A stretch of 20,000 nucleotides of DNA from an uncultured virus (IMG/VR IMGVR_UViG_3300037808_001064) (lineage: Duplodnaviria > Heunggongvirae > Uroviricota > Caudoviricetes). Below, piece after piece: positions 1 to 8,209 of this stretch. Each line of letters starts with the position of its first letter. Positions within the stretch are counted from its first letter, which is position 1. The notes beneath the pieces are model-generated. The model was not told the DNA's origin. It saw only the letters and a program-made list of their open reading frames with translations, and made no database searches. Both the position numbers and the translations under genes were made by a program. Where the stretch lies: IMG/VR virus record IMGVR_UViG_3300037808_001064; one strand, written 5' to 3'.

Positions 1-492
1 CTCACAGTCGATGAGTTCGCAGTCAGCGGCCGTCACTTCGATGACGCCAGTTGTGGCGTCGAGGCCACCGAGGAACAAGACGTTCCGGACACTGGTGGAA
101 GCCGCGGCCAGCTTGAAGTCAGCCGTGACTGCTGTGGTGAACGTGAAGGTGGCGCGATCAGCTCCTCGGCCAAGACCGATGATTGTGATGCCGGCAACGT
201 CAATATCAACACCACTGTCGGCAATGATGGTCTCAGCATGACCGGGCATCAGGAGAATGACATCCCCTTTGCTGGCCGTGCATTCCCCGATAGCAAAATC
301 GAGAGTGGCGAATGGCGTATCTTCATTGCGACCACTGCCCGTACCGTCAACGCCGGTAGAAGAGTCGACGTAGAAGATGGTTCCCGTGGTTCCTCCAACT
401 GCAAGATCGATTGCATTCGCAATTTCATTCGCAGCGCGCCGACTTGCAAGTCCGGAACGAAGGCTTCCCCTCGCATCGCTGGAAATAGACAT
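1..492 (-). CDS. Phage virion protein with right-handed beta-helix (pectin-lyase-like) fold, possible head fibre/spike; runs off the left window edge
   Basis: Not in the ORF track. Manual translation from ATG at 492 (GGAG SD upstream) is open to position 1: MSISSDARGSLRSG...GTIFYVDSSTGVDGTGSGRNEDTPFATLDFAIGECTASKGDVILLMPGHAETIIADSGVDIDVAGITIIGLGRG... The YVDS..G...PFATL..AI....GDVILL.PG pattern is the typical N-cap of beta-helix proteins. It follows a spike-base gene. Confidence 0.75.
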   Translation of the reverse strand, partial: MSISSDARGSLRSGLASRRAANEIANAIDLAVGGTTGTIFYVDSSTGVDGTGSGRNEDTPFATLDFAIGECTASKGDVILLMPGHAETIIADSGVDIDVAGITIIGLGRGADRATFTFTTAVTADFKLAAASTSVRNVLFLGGLDATTGVIEVTAADCELIDCE

Positions 493-559
493 AGCACAGT
501 TTCTCCAAACAAAGATAAACAGACCATCCGCTTCGTACACAGACAGTGTTTTCGTTGTT

Positions 560-814
560 CTACTCGTAGATCCCGACCATCAGGGTCGCTGTACTGGCGG
601 TTGTGATGACACCGCTGATCGGAAGGATCGTGCCAATCGGAACAGCTGAGAACGTAGTGGTGGTGCCTTCGTCGTCAAGGACAACGACGTGGCCCGTTCC
701 GCCAACGTACACAGCCCTCATCGGCCGACCATTCACCTTTTGCTCAGCAGTGTCGTGCGGGACAATGGCGGCAGCCCTGCGCGATGGCGACAGATTTTTA
801 ATTGGCGGGGACAT
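560..814 (-). CDS. Head spike base protein (RcGTA Rcc01079-like)
   Basis: 84 aa with SPSRRAAAIVPHD...RAVYVGGTGHVVV...GTTTTFSAVPIGTILPI, matching the recalled Rcc01079-family pattern SPA..A.AITP.D...RALYVG..G.L.V...G..VTF..VP.GTILPI. Confidence 0.7.
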   Translation of the reverse strand: MSPPIKNLSPSRRAAAIVPHDTAEQKVNGRPMRAVYVGGTGHVVVLDDEGTTTTFSAVPIGTILPISGVITTASTATLMVGIYE

Positions 815-822
815 GGTTGGTC

Positions 823-2577
823 CTATTGAATACTTTTCATCAGTGATCGGATCTCGCTCAGGCCCGTGAATATACCACTATCAGGAGAAAACATTCCACT
901 GCAAACGCCAAGTAGTTCTCCAGCAGGCGTGAAGAGCCCCCCTCCGGAGCGACCAGTGGCGTGCCGGCCGGAACAGACGAGAGAAGATGGGCCAGTGAAC
1001 TTATTGATACTCAGGAGCTTACAGTCTGAGCGGATCTGGGGCCCAGCGTGATCAAATCCGTACGAAACGAGCGGAGATCCTGTCGGCGGAACCTCATTGG
1101 CCAATGGAGCATACGCGATAAATGTGGTGTTCCCGGTCACTTTAAGAATCGCCAAGTCTGTTGGTGTCGGCAAGAGGGCCACCATCTCAGCTGGGTATTC
1201 TGTCCCGGTGTTCGGGTCGTAGACTGACAGTGTTTTGTGTTTTCGGAACACATGAGCACAGGTCAGGATGTAGGCGACACCACCTTCTGACTTGACCACC
1301 GTCCCACTGCCAGCGTCACCGTTGCCATCTGAGGACCTGGCATGAACTCGGACGGACACCATAGACGCACTCATGGTCTTTTGACTGTCTTGTGGATTCA
1401 GGTCTCGCTCAATGCCTGCAAGAAGGCGATTGAATACCGACGCTACCCTGTACCCCCACTGGTATTTAGGAGACGCGACTGTGGGCCCATCATGCAAGAT
1501 GTGGTATTCACCGTCACGAAGAACGCCCACCTGGAATGCTGGGTACAACCCCACCCCGTTTTTTCTGCCTTCGCGTGTTCCGCGGTCAATCACTTCGTAT
1601 GTCATTTTTGATCGCTCATTTGCCGTCCACTGCCGGCATGCAGCACACCCATCGAAGTGGTAGAACAGAAGGACAGGCGTCTCGTGAGCCTTTACCTCTT
1701 CGGTCAAGACAGGGGCAGACACGGTCATCGGCACGAACGTGTGGAACGATCTCTTGACTGGCTGGTCAGCTGGGTCGTCCGTCCATAGCCACACCTCGTC
1801 GTGCTCCACCATGTCGAGCCCTTCGATCTCGTGATAAGGCGACACCACCTTGGATAGGCCGGCGAACTTGCCCGCGACCATCAGCTCTGTCAGCAGCTCC
1901 GGGTACAAGTAGGCCAGACCGATCGAGATGTGATACTTGCTGGGGTCAACGTCCCGAACGTCTCGATGCTGGACGATGACGGATCCAGCTGCGATCCGGC
2001 CGGCGACGACGGCCTCCTGAACATGCTGTCTGGCCTTCTTGACCATGTCGATGTCGATCTCGAACCCATAGGCACGCTTGGCACCGGACTCAACGGCGCG
2101 AATCGACCACTCAGCGATACCACAACCAAACTCACCGACTGTGTCATAAGGGCCGATGTCGGCAATGCGGATGCCGGTGTCCATATGGCCGGAGGGTGTG
2201 GGGGATTGGCCGACTTCTTTGAGTGCGGCCTTTATCGCGTCAGCTGCCTTCACTGTGGCAGAATGCCGGGCTGCTGACTTCATGGACTTCCCCTGTGACA
2301 TGTACTCAGCCTTCCATCCATAAATGTTGTCACACATGTTGCAGGGACAGCGAACGAACCTCTTCCGCCGGCCGACACCTTTGTTTCTCCCACGACTGTA
2401 CGACTCAAGGTCGATGTTGGCCGTCTTGTTGTTCTCCGGCCACTTCTGCATCCGAGCAATGCGACCATCCGGTGTCCGAATCTGACTCCGTGAGTGTGGC
2501 ATGGTGACAAGAATAAGGCCCAAGATTAACGTGAGCCAGATTCCAAGTGCGACTATGCTCCGTTTTCTCTCGTTCAT
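823..2577 (-). CDS. Membrane-anchored or exported multidomain protein: class I SAM methyltransferase (FAM173-like) + thioredoxin-like CxxC domain + trypsin-like serine protease
   Basis: N-terminal hydrophobic stretch IVALGIWLTLILGLILVTM. MTase motifs SPTP...GEFGCG...YGFEID...AYLYPEL...VVS. Thioredoxin-like PVLLFYHFDGCAAC. Trypsin motifs GSGTVV, ILTCAHV (His), DLAIL (Asp), GRSGGGLF (Ser). Start placed at ATG 2577 (TAATG overlap with the holin stop); the ORF track start is 2592. Confidence 0.8.
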   Translation of the reverse strand: MNERKRSIVALGIWLTLILGLILVTMPHSRSQIRTPDGRIARMQKWPENNKTANIDLESYSRGRNKGVGRRKRFVRCPCNMCDNIYGWKAEYMSQGKSMKSAARHSATVKAADAIKAALKEVGQSPTPSGHMDTGIRIADIGPYDTVGEFGCGIAEWSIRAVESGAKRAYGFEIDIDMVKKARQHVQEAVVAGRIAAGSVIVQHRDVRDVDPSKYHISIGLAYLYPELLTELMVAGKFAGLSKVVSPYHEIEGLDMVEHDEVWLWTDDPADQPVKRSFHTFVPMTVSAPVLTEEVKAHETPVLLFYHFDGCAACRQWTANERSKMTYEVIDRGTREGRKNGVGLYPAFQVGVLRDGEYHILHDGPTVASPKYQWGYRVASVFNRLLAGIERDLNPQDSQKTMSASMVSVRVHARSSDGNGDAGSGTVVKSEGGVAYILTCAHVFRKHKTLSVYDPNTGTEYPAEMVALLPTPTDLAILKVTGNTTFIAYAPLANEVPPTGSPLVSYGFDHAGPQIRSDCKLLSINKFTGPSSLVCSGRHATGRSGGGLFTPAGELLGVCSGMFSPDSGIFTGLSEIRSLMKSIQ

Positions 2578-2783
2578 TACTCTCGTTTCCATGTGTGAGT
2601 TTTCGCGGCTTCTTTACCGTTGTCCGCAATCCCTTGCCCAATCAGGTAAGCCATTATTGTGTTGACGATGTTAGTGGCCTGATCCTCAGTGAGACCGAGG
2701 CCATCCGAAAAGATGATGATAAGGGCAGCGGTCAAGGCCGCGTAGAACTTCTTTGAGTTGAAAAGCTGCTTGAAGATGTTCAT
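2577..2783 (-). CDS. Putative holin
   Basis: 68 aa with two hydrophobic segments (SKKFYAALTAALIIIF; IVNTIMAYLIGQGIAD) and a charged C-terminus (KEAAKTHTWKRE). Resembles the SRKFW..-type small phage holins. Confidence 0.65.
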   Translation of the reverse strand: MNIFKQLFNSKKFYAALTAALIIIFSDGLGLTEDQATNIVNTIMAYLIGQGIADNGKEAAKTHTWKRE

Positions 2784-2785
2784 CG

Positions 2786-3682
2786 TTACTGCTCCGTGTA
2801 TTTGCCTTTACCAGTCCACACAGCGTGCCGGTTCCCGATTGTCATTGTCCCGTTCACATCGAACAGGCCGTCATCATCCGGTGGCGTCGGTTCATCCGGA
2901 TCCGGTGGTGTCAGACCCAACGGTGGGCCATAGTATTTCTGAGTCCGCTTCTTGTCTGCCGGCTGCAGTCGCGTGACGTTCGGGTTCATGAACGGACGCA
3001 TGATAGACGTGCCGGAGTTCGCGTGTGAGAAGCCCATCGTGTGGCCGGTCTCATGAATAATGGTCCCGATCAAATAATCGATCGACCAGTTCCGCCTGTC
3101 GTATTTTTGCCAGTGGGAATGTACTCGCCGGCTGCCGTTCGACAATAGTGCAATTGCCAGTGTGCTTCCGCCGAGTCTCTCCGACCACGTCGGGACATGT
3201 GCGGCATCGTAGTCGTCGATCATCACCAGGTTCACACCACATGTGTCGTTCCAGTTCTGCAGAGCAGTGTCCCACGCCTTCTTTGTGTCCTCCTCATCGA
3301 GGCCCTGAAGAGCGCGAAAGCGAAGTGCGAAGGTGACTGGGGTTTCCGGGTTCGGCCATGTGCGAGTGCCGTTGGAGATGTTCAGCTCTTCGGACTCATT
3401 ACTGGCCAGGTAGTCCGGGCAGTCGCAGACCCTCTCGTGTCCGTGAGAGTTCCTGCGAAACATCAGACTGTCGACGGTGAACCGGCCAAACTCCTGGTCC
3501 TCCTCCAGCTCAGCCGTCATCTGATACGAGCTGACTGCCCGTTTGAATATCCGCGAGTTGATGTCCAACTCTTGCACCTTAAACCACGATGATCTTCCAT
3601 CGTACTCAGAGTGAAAGTGCCCGAGCTTGTACAGCTCTCGCCTGGATACCTCTTCTTTCGGGGTCCATACGTGCGCCACCAT
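2786..3682 (-). CDS. Matrixin-like (M10A) zinc metallopeptidase with PG-binding-like prodomain and cysteine switch
   Basis: Metzincin motif HETGHTMGFSH (HExxHxxGxxH) and Met-turn SIMRP. RVCDCPD resembles the MMP cysteine switch PRCGxPD. N-terminal LYKLGHF...AVSSYQ...L..D..FG..T resembles PG_binding_1. Pro/Asp-rich linker before a short C-terminal tail. No signal peptide visible. Confidence 0.85.
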   Translation of the reverse strand: MVAHVWTPKEEVSRRELYKLGHFHSEYDGRSSWFKVQELDINSRIFKRAVSSYQMTAELEEDQEFGRFTVDSLMFRRNSHGHERVCDCPDYLASNESEELNISNGTRTWPNPETPVTFALRFRALQGLDEEDTKKAWDTALQNWNDTCGVNLVMIDDYDAAHVPTWSERLGGSTLAIALLSNGSRRVHSHWQKYDRRNWSIDYLIGTIIHETGHTMGFSHANSGTSIMRPFMNPNVTRLQPADKKRTQKYYGPPLGLTPPDPDEPTPPDDDGLFDVNGTMTIGNRHAVWTGKGKYTEQ

Positions 3683-4239
3683 CAGTCACTCTCCGACAAT
3701 AACGCACGAGCCTCATCGACGGCCGCAACCAAAGCATCGCGGTCCTGATCCCCCTTCGCTGCCTCCATTGCAGCAACAAACGGTTTCAGCCATGGATCCC
3801 ACTGTGGTGACGCGAACTCTTCCAGCACAACCTCCAAAGTTGAATTGACCGAGTTGTAGGCGACTCCGAATGTCATCAGCGAAGGTGGGATCTTCAACGA
3901 GAACTTCAGGGTCTCGACCTGCTGATGAAACTTCGCCAGCTGGCCGATGTCCTCCATCGCGTCCTGAACAGCGCCGATCCGGGATGATCCGTCCGGGGGA
4001 GTGGGCCCTTCTGGATCACCCGAACCGACTGGCTTTCCATGCAGGTCAACGGCCTGCAGAGGAGAAAGCGTGAGTTTGCCGTTTGCTTTGGTAATCTGAA
4101 CGTAGTAGACGCCATCAGCGAAGGCGTCCGCACAGATTATGAGCGGGGCGGTTTTCGATACGGGCTCTTGTAATGCAGTGCCGGCAGGTATGCCCGATAA
4201 ACCTGCGAGAGCCAAGACGGTAAGGAAGTAGTACTTCAC
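3682..4239 (-). CDS. Hypothetical exported protein
   Basis: 185 aa, signal-peptide-like N-terminus MKYYFLTVLALAGLSG, Pro/Gly linker (DPEGPTPPDG), helical-looking C-terminus. Coupled to neighbours by GTGA and TGATG overlaps. Confidence 0.65.
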   Translation of the reverse strand: MKYYFLTVLALAGLSGIPAGTALQEPVSKTAPLIICADAFADGVYYVQITKANGKLTLSPLQAVDLHGKPVGSGDPEGPTPPDGSSRIGAVQDAMEDIGQLAKFHQQVETLKFSLKIPPSLMTFGVAYNSVNSTLEVVLEEFASPQWDPWLKPFVAAMEAAKGDQDRDALVAAVDEARALLSESD

Positions 4240-4718
4240 TGGTCCTCCCCCCGCAGCTCCTCGATCAATCCCTCCATTGCGGCAGCCGATGTGGCAGCAC
4301 CAGAATCAAGAGATGCCTGATAGGACCGGCGAGCGTAGGAGTCACGCAGGATGTTCCGCTCACGGCGAGAAATCTTGCCGCCAGTGGGGTTCTTCTTGCG
4401 GGTGATGTTCTGCTTGGTTTTCAATTTCGAAATCCGCCACAACTGCTCTTTGTCGTCAGCAGTGGGATTTCGCGACCGATCAGAAAGCCGGCTGGAATCC
4501 TGAAGACCGCCGGAGCTGTCCTTGCACATGGCAATCATCTGCTTGATGCCAGTGAAAATTGAGATCAAGGTGCCCGGGTCAAAGAACTCCTCTGATATTC
4601 CGTTACCGGGCGTCTGCCCAACGAAATTGTTCAGCATTACCGCAGTACTGGTTTGATCGTGACTCATCTCTACCTCCGCTTCAAAAAGGTGGGTTTCATC
4701 GAACCACAATTCTTTCAT
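4236..4718 (-). CDS. Hypothetical phage protein
   Basis: 160-aa ORF coupled by TAATG to the upstream gene. An alternative start (MSHDQ, ATG at 4667) has a strong GGAGG SD. Confidence 0.65.
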   Translation of the reverse strand: MKELWFDETHLFEAEVEMSHDQTSTAVMLNNFVGQTPGNGISEEFFDPGTLISIFTGIKQMIAMCKDSSGGLQDSSRLSDRSRNPTADDKEQLWRISKLKTKQNITRKKNPTGGKISRRERNILRDSYARRSYQASLDSGAATSAAAMEGLIEELRGEDQ

Positions 4719-5002
4719 TACAGATCCCCATACGTCAAGTCTTCAGCCATGGCGATCTGCTCACGAATCTCAGATTTCCGTGCCGCGGCCTTCGCCCACC
4801 GAAGCTCCAACCGCAACTTCGCAATCAGAGTGGGGGTCACCCGATCCCATACTCCTGAAGGAATCGTCAGCCGCTCAGTGGCGATCTCAACATGGTCAGC
4901 GAACATATCACCCATGTCGTGGCTGATTAGGGGTTTTGGTGAGGTTCGGATGTGCATTTGGTGGGTTTCTGACCGAGGGGACAGCTTTTTGTACCGGGGC
5001 AC
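4718..5002 (-). CDS. Hypothetical phage protein
   Basis: 94-aa ORF, GTG start with GGGAG SD, TAATG-coupled to the next gene. Confidence 0.55.
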   Translation of the reverse strand: MPRYKKLSPRSETHQMHIRTSPKPLISHDMGDMFADHVEIATERLTIPSGVWDRVTPTLIAKLRLELRWAKAAARKSEIREQIAMAEDLTYGDL

Positions 5003-5051
5003 AAATGGCTGCTCCCAGTTAAACCGTTTGCATCAAAGGAGTTAAGGCTGT

Positions 5052-5324
5052 GGGGACAAGGGGACAACATTCTGCCGAGAAAAACATATATAGGGAGAAA
5101 AAAAACAAACAGTAAATGTTAAAATAGGCAAGGAGGCTCTTTGCTTTTATTTCTCTTCACGTATCTCTCCATTTATCAATGTCCCATTGTCCCCTATTAT
5201 TATTATTATCTTTTTTGTCTTCTTCTTCTTCTTCTTTAAGAAGGAGAATCGCTGGGTTTTTGAAACAGTCGGACAAAATTTGACTCGGGGACAAACAGGG
5301 GACAAAGCCGGGACAGTGGGACAA
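5052..5324. other. Putative replication origin (GGGACA iterons around an AT-rich core)
   Basis: Non-coding region directly downstream of the primase-helicase. (G)GGGACA(A) copies at 5052, 5060, 5287, 5298, 5310, 5318, a GGACAA at 5271, and inverted copies at 5180 and 5187. These flank A/T tracts and (TAT)n/(CTT)n runs. Confidence 0.7.
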
Positions 5325-5326
5325 AA

Positions 5327-8194
5327 CTAGACATTGTCATACTCACTTCCCACCTCCGGAGCCTGCTGGGGCATCACATCTGGTGCTGCGAAGTCACCTT
5401 GGTAGTCAGCAGAGCCCATCAGGTCGGCCGGCACAAACACGCCTCTTACCGAAGCGCCGCTGAATTTTGACTTTCCCGTGAACGCCCCGGGCAGCCTCTT
5501 GAGCATCGCCTTGATGTTCTGCCGCTCATACTGAGTGCCCTTCAGGAGCCCGCGGACGATGTATGAGGTTTTGCTGGTGCTGAAGAACACGTAGGCACCG
5601 TCGACCGCCTCTTTGTTCTCCATGCCTTCTCTCCACTCCTTAATCGTGTGCATCTGGCTGTACGGATACCGCTTGATGCCAATCCTCGCCAGCTCGCTCT
5701 CAGGAGACGGTGAGAGCCTGTCATCCTCAGCCTGCAGCAATTCACCCACAGACTTCCTGTGCCCTCCTGCGAGCATCACGAGGCTGTTTGAGATGGCACT
5801 CAGCACCAGCTCCTGCTCAGTCTCCTCTTCTTCCACTGTGTTCCTCATCAGCTCCTCCATGAGATCCTTATGCGACTTGATGGCCTCCTCGTCGGTCTGA
5901 CCGGTTATGGCCCCGTACACAGCGGATGGGAGGGCATAGGACTCTGACTGACGCGTGTAATTGCCCTCCAGGCTGCTGGTGATGATCTCAGCCAGCTCTT
6001 TGATCCGCTTCCAGCATCGCATGATGACAGCGATCGACGCGTTCCTGAGTCGACTGATCACTTCCGGATCCTTCGGGATGTGGAAACGTGGCAGTCCTTT
6101 GCGGCTGCCCATCTCGAAGGTGATGTACCGGTTCACTTCCGTCTGCTTGTCCATCTTCATCTCAACAGCGGAAAACCACGGCATCAGCTCGTAACTGGAC
6201 TCTACAGAGCCCTGCGCAGAGTTCGACCGGTAAGACTTCCCGAACGCCCCAGCCCGGTTCGAGGCCATCAGCATGTCGAGAATGGCGGTTCTGTGGGGCG
6301 AGTCCTCGAATTCGTCGTGCATAAAGACCCTGCTCGACCGGCCGAGAGTATTCCGCACCGCGGGCTCCGTCGTGTTTGTCGTGGCGAACGCCATTTTGCC
6401 GAAGTAATCCGCCAGAAAGTCCATCAGGATGGTTTTCCCGGACGAGCTCTCACCAGTGATCGCAATCCATGGCCGCCAGTCCCAGAGCGATTGCCCCCAT
6501 GATGCCATGGCCAGACAGGTGACAATCTGAGCGCCCAGCGGATGCTTGTGGCTGTCCCATCTGCCCAGAATCCCGGCCAATTCATTCATGTGTGCTGTTC
6601 GCCACTCAGGAGACTGGGCCGAGTCCAGATATTCGTACAGCAGGTCTTTATCGTACCACTCCTCTGCCTGGCTTCCGAAGTCCACAATCTTGTCGTCGAC
6701 CATCGGCGCCGTGTAGCTCTGGACGCCGCCATTCACGGCCACCCACTCACCGGAGCCCACCGCGAAGATGCGACCACCGCTTTCCCAGAGTCCCACACCC
6801 ACGGTATTCGTCCGGGACAGCTCTTTCCCACCGGCTTCAGTGGCGATGGCACATCGCACATCATTCGGATCAATCATGTCTTCCTGCTCCTTATCTGACT
6901 TACTGGGATTGGCGACTTTCTCAGCGGCGGCATCGTTGATGTATATCAGCATCTTGTTGTAGCTGAACTTATCAATGTCCTTGATGGTGAACTTGGCACA
7001 CTCGGCCGCGTTAAACACCTCGATGTGACCCTCCTTGGAATGTCCCAGGACAATCAGGTCCAGTGATCGGAGAGTGAGCTGGTGATCAGTGAGACCGCTC
7101 TCCGTGTACATTTCGGTCTCAACCGCAGACTTCACACAGAACTCTGTTTCCTTGACGAGCCTCATGAGGTCGTCGTACGTGTTGCCCTCATCGAACCAGT
7201 CGCGGAGATCCTTGCCCTTCTTTGGGGCGATGTCGTATGGCAGCTGAAGGTTCCGGACGTTCTCAGCTGTGCGCAGCATGCAGTTTGTCCAGCGGATGGC
7301 TCCACCGTTCTTGCTGGACGACCCACCGAACTGGCCGGGCTCATCTGCGTCGTGGATGATGCAGATGTTCTTGCCCTTACACATGTCAGCAAACGCATGT
7401 GGAGTTCGGTCAGCATCACAGCCATCTGAGTTGGTCACCACAAGATGGACGTTCTTAAACTCTTCGGGAATCTCCTCCTGCAGCCTCAGCATGTCACTGA
7501 TGCCTTCCACCTTGTAGATGATGGTGGCTTCCTTCCAGTGAGTCAGAGCATGCTTGTTCATGATCCCGGCTTCACCGAGAGACATGCTGGTCAGCATCTG
7601 AGCCTGGGCAGCGTTGCCCCGGTAATGCTCAATTTTGCCACCGCCAGACTCCTGAATGACACAACCCTTCATGGGTGCATCGAATCCCAGGGCCGGGTCG
7701 TAGATGGGGAACGAGACGACCGACTGTGACCTGTTGGTTCCAGCCTGAGTTCCGCCAACCATCTGCAGGGTTTCGTCGGAGATCTTGAGCTTCTTACAGA
7801 GACCCATCGTGATCGCTGGCAGCCACGGCATGTACCGCAGCTTCGACCTGAAGTTGTCACCGCGACTACTCTTCGGCTTCTTACTGAGAACCTTCGCCTT
7901 CTTCGCCAGGTCATCCCGGCACTCGGTGTAGTTGCCGTACGGGCCATACTGGGCACCGAGGCTAAAAAAGGGATACGACGGGCCCGGACCCTCATCGTTG
8001 TAGTAGCCGGAGATGCGGTTCACAGCACAGGACGGCTTGTTGTCAGCTCGGTCCATCGCGCGGCAGACCATCCATCCCTTTGCTGTTACCGATCCGGTAA
8101 ACTCAAGCCCCCACTCCCTGCAGGTCGCTTCGATGTCGATGGACTCGATGATTAACTGGTTGTACTCGTCCCACTTTTCTTTTTCTGAGATCAC
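5327..8194 (-). CDS. Primase-helicase fusion (degenerate ZBD + TOPRIM + P-loop NTPase), replication initiator
   Basis: 955 aa. TOPRIM motifs KVEGISD, IIHDADEPG, KGKDLRDW. Walker A ITGESSSGKT and Walker B VFMHDEFE. GTG start preceded by a strong AGGAGG SD. Confidence 0.85.
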   Translation of the reverse strand: MISEKEKWDEYNQLIIESIDIEATCREWGLEFTGSVTAKGWMVCRAMDRADNKPSCAVNRISGYYNDEGPGPSYPFFSLGAQYGPYGNYTECRDDLAKKAKVLSKKPKSSRGDNFRSKLRYMPWLPAITMGLCKKLKISDETLQMVGGTQAGTNRSQSVVSFPIYDPALGFDAPMKGCVIQESGGGKIEHYRGNAAQAQMLTSMSLGEAGIMNKHALTHWKEATIIYKVEGISDMLRLQEEIPEEFKNVHLVVTNSDGCDADRTPHAFADMCKGKNICIIHDADEPGQFGGSSSKNGGAIRWTNCMLRTAENVRNLQLPYDIAPKKGKDLRDWFDEGNTYDDLMRLVKETEFCVKSAVETEMYTESGLTDHQLTLRSLDLIVLGHSKEGHIEVFNAAECAKFTIKDIDKFSYNKMLIYINDAAAEKVANPSKSDKEQEDMIDPNDVRCAIATEAGGKELSRTNTVGVGLWESGGRIFAVGSGEWVAVNGGVQSYTAPMVDDKIVDFGSQAEEWYDKDLLYEYLDSAQSPEWRTAHMNELAGILGRWDSHKHPLGAQIVTCLAMASWGQSLWDWRPWIAITGESSSGKTILMDFLADYFGKMAFATTNTTEPAVRNTLGRSSRVFMHDEFEDSPHRTAILDMLMASNRAGAFGKSYRSNSAQGSVESSYELMPWFSAVEMKMDKQTEVNRYITFEMGSRKGLPRFHIPKDPEVISRLRNASIAVIMRCWKRIKELAEIITSSLEGNYTRQSESYALPSAVYGAITGQTDEEAIKSHKDLMEELMRNTVEEEETEQELVLSAISNSLVMLAGGHRKSVGELLQAEDDRLSPSPESELARIGIKRYPYSQMHTIKEWREGMENKEAVDGAYVFFSTSKTSYIVRGLLKGTQYERQNIKAMLKRLPGAFTGKSKFSGASVRGVFVPADLMGSADYQGDFAAPDVMPQQAPEVGSEYDNV

Positions 8195-8209
8195 TGTTCA
8201 CCTCCTGTG

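Noticed and set aside
33..527. Minus-strand ORFs 33..239 and 249..527 from the track
   Set aside because: They are alternative-frame shadows of the real edge-truncated CDS 1..492, which has an SD and recognisable motifs.
3682..4239. Spanin assignment for the exported protein
   Set aside because: No lipobox cysteine and no embedded o-spanin ORF were recognised.
5052..5324. Repeats as a CRISPR array
   Set aside because: Units are only 6-8 bp, irregularly spaced and in both orientations, with no cas genes. They fit iterons better.
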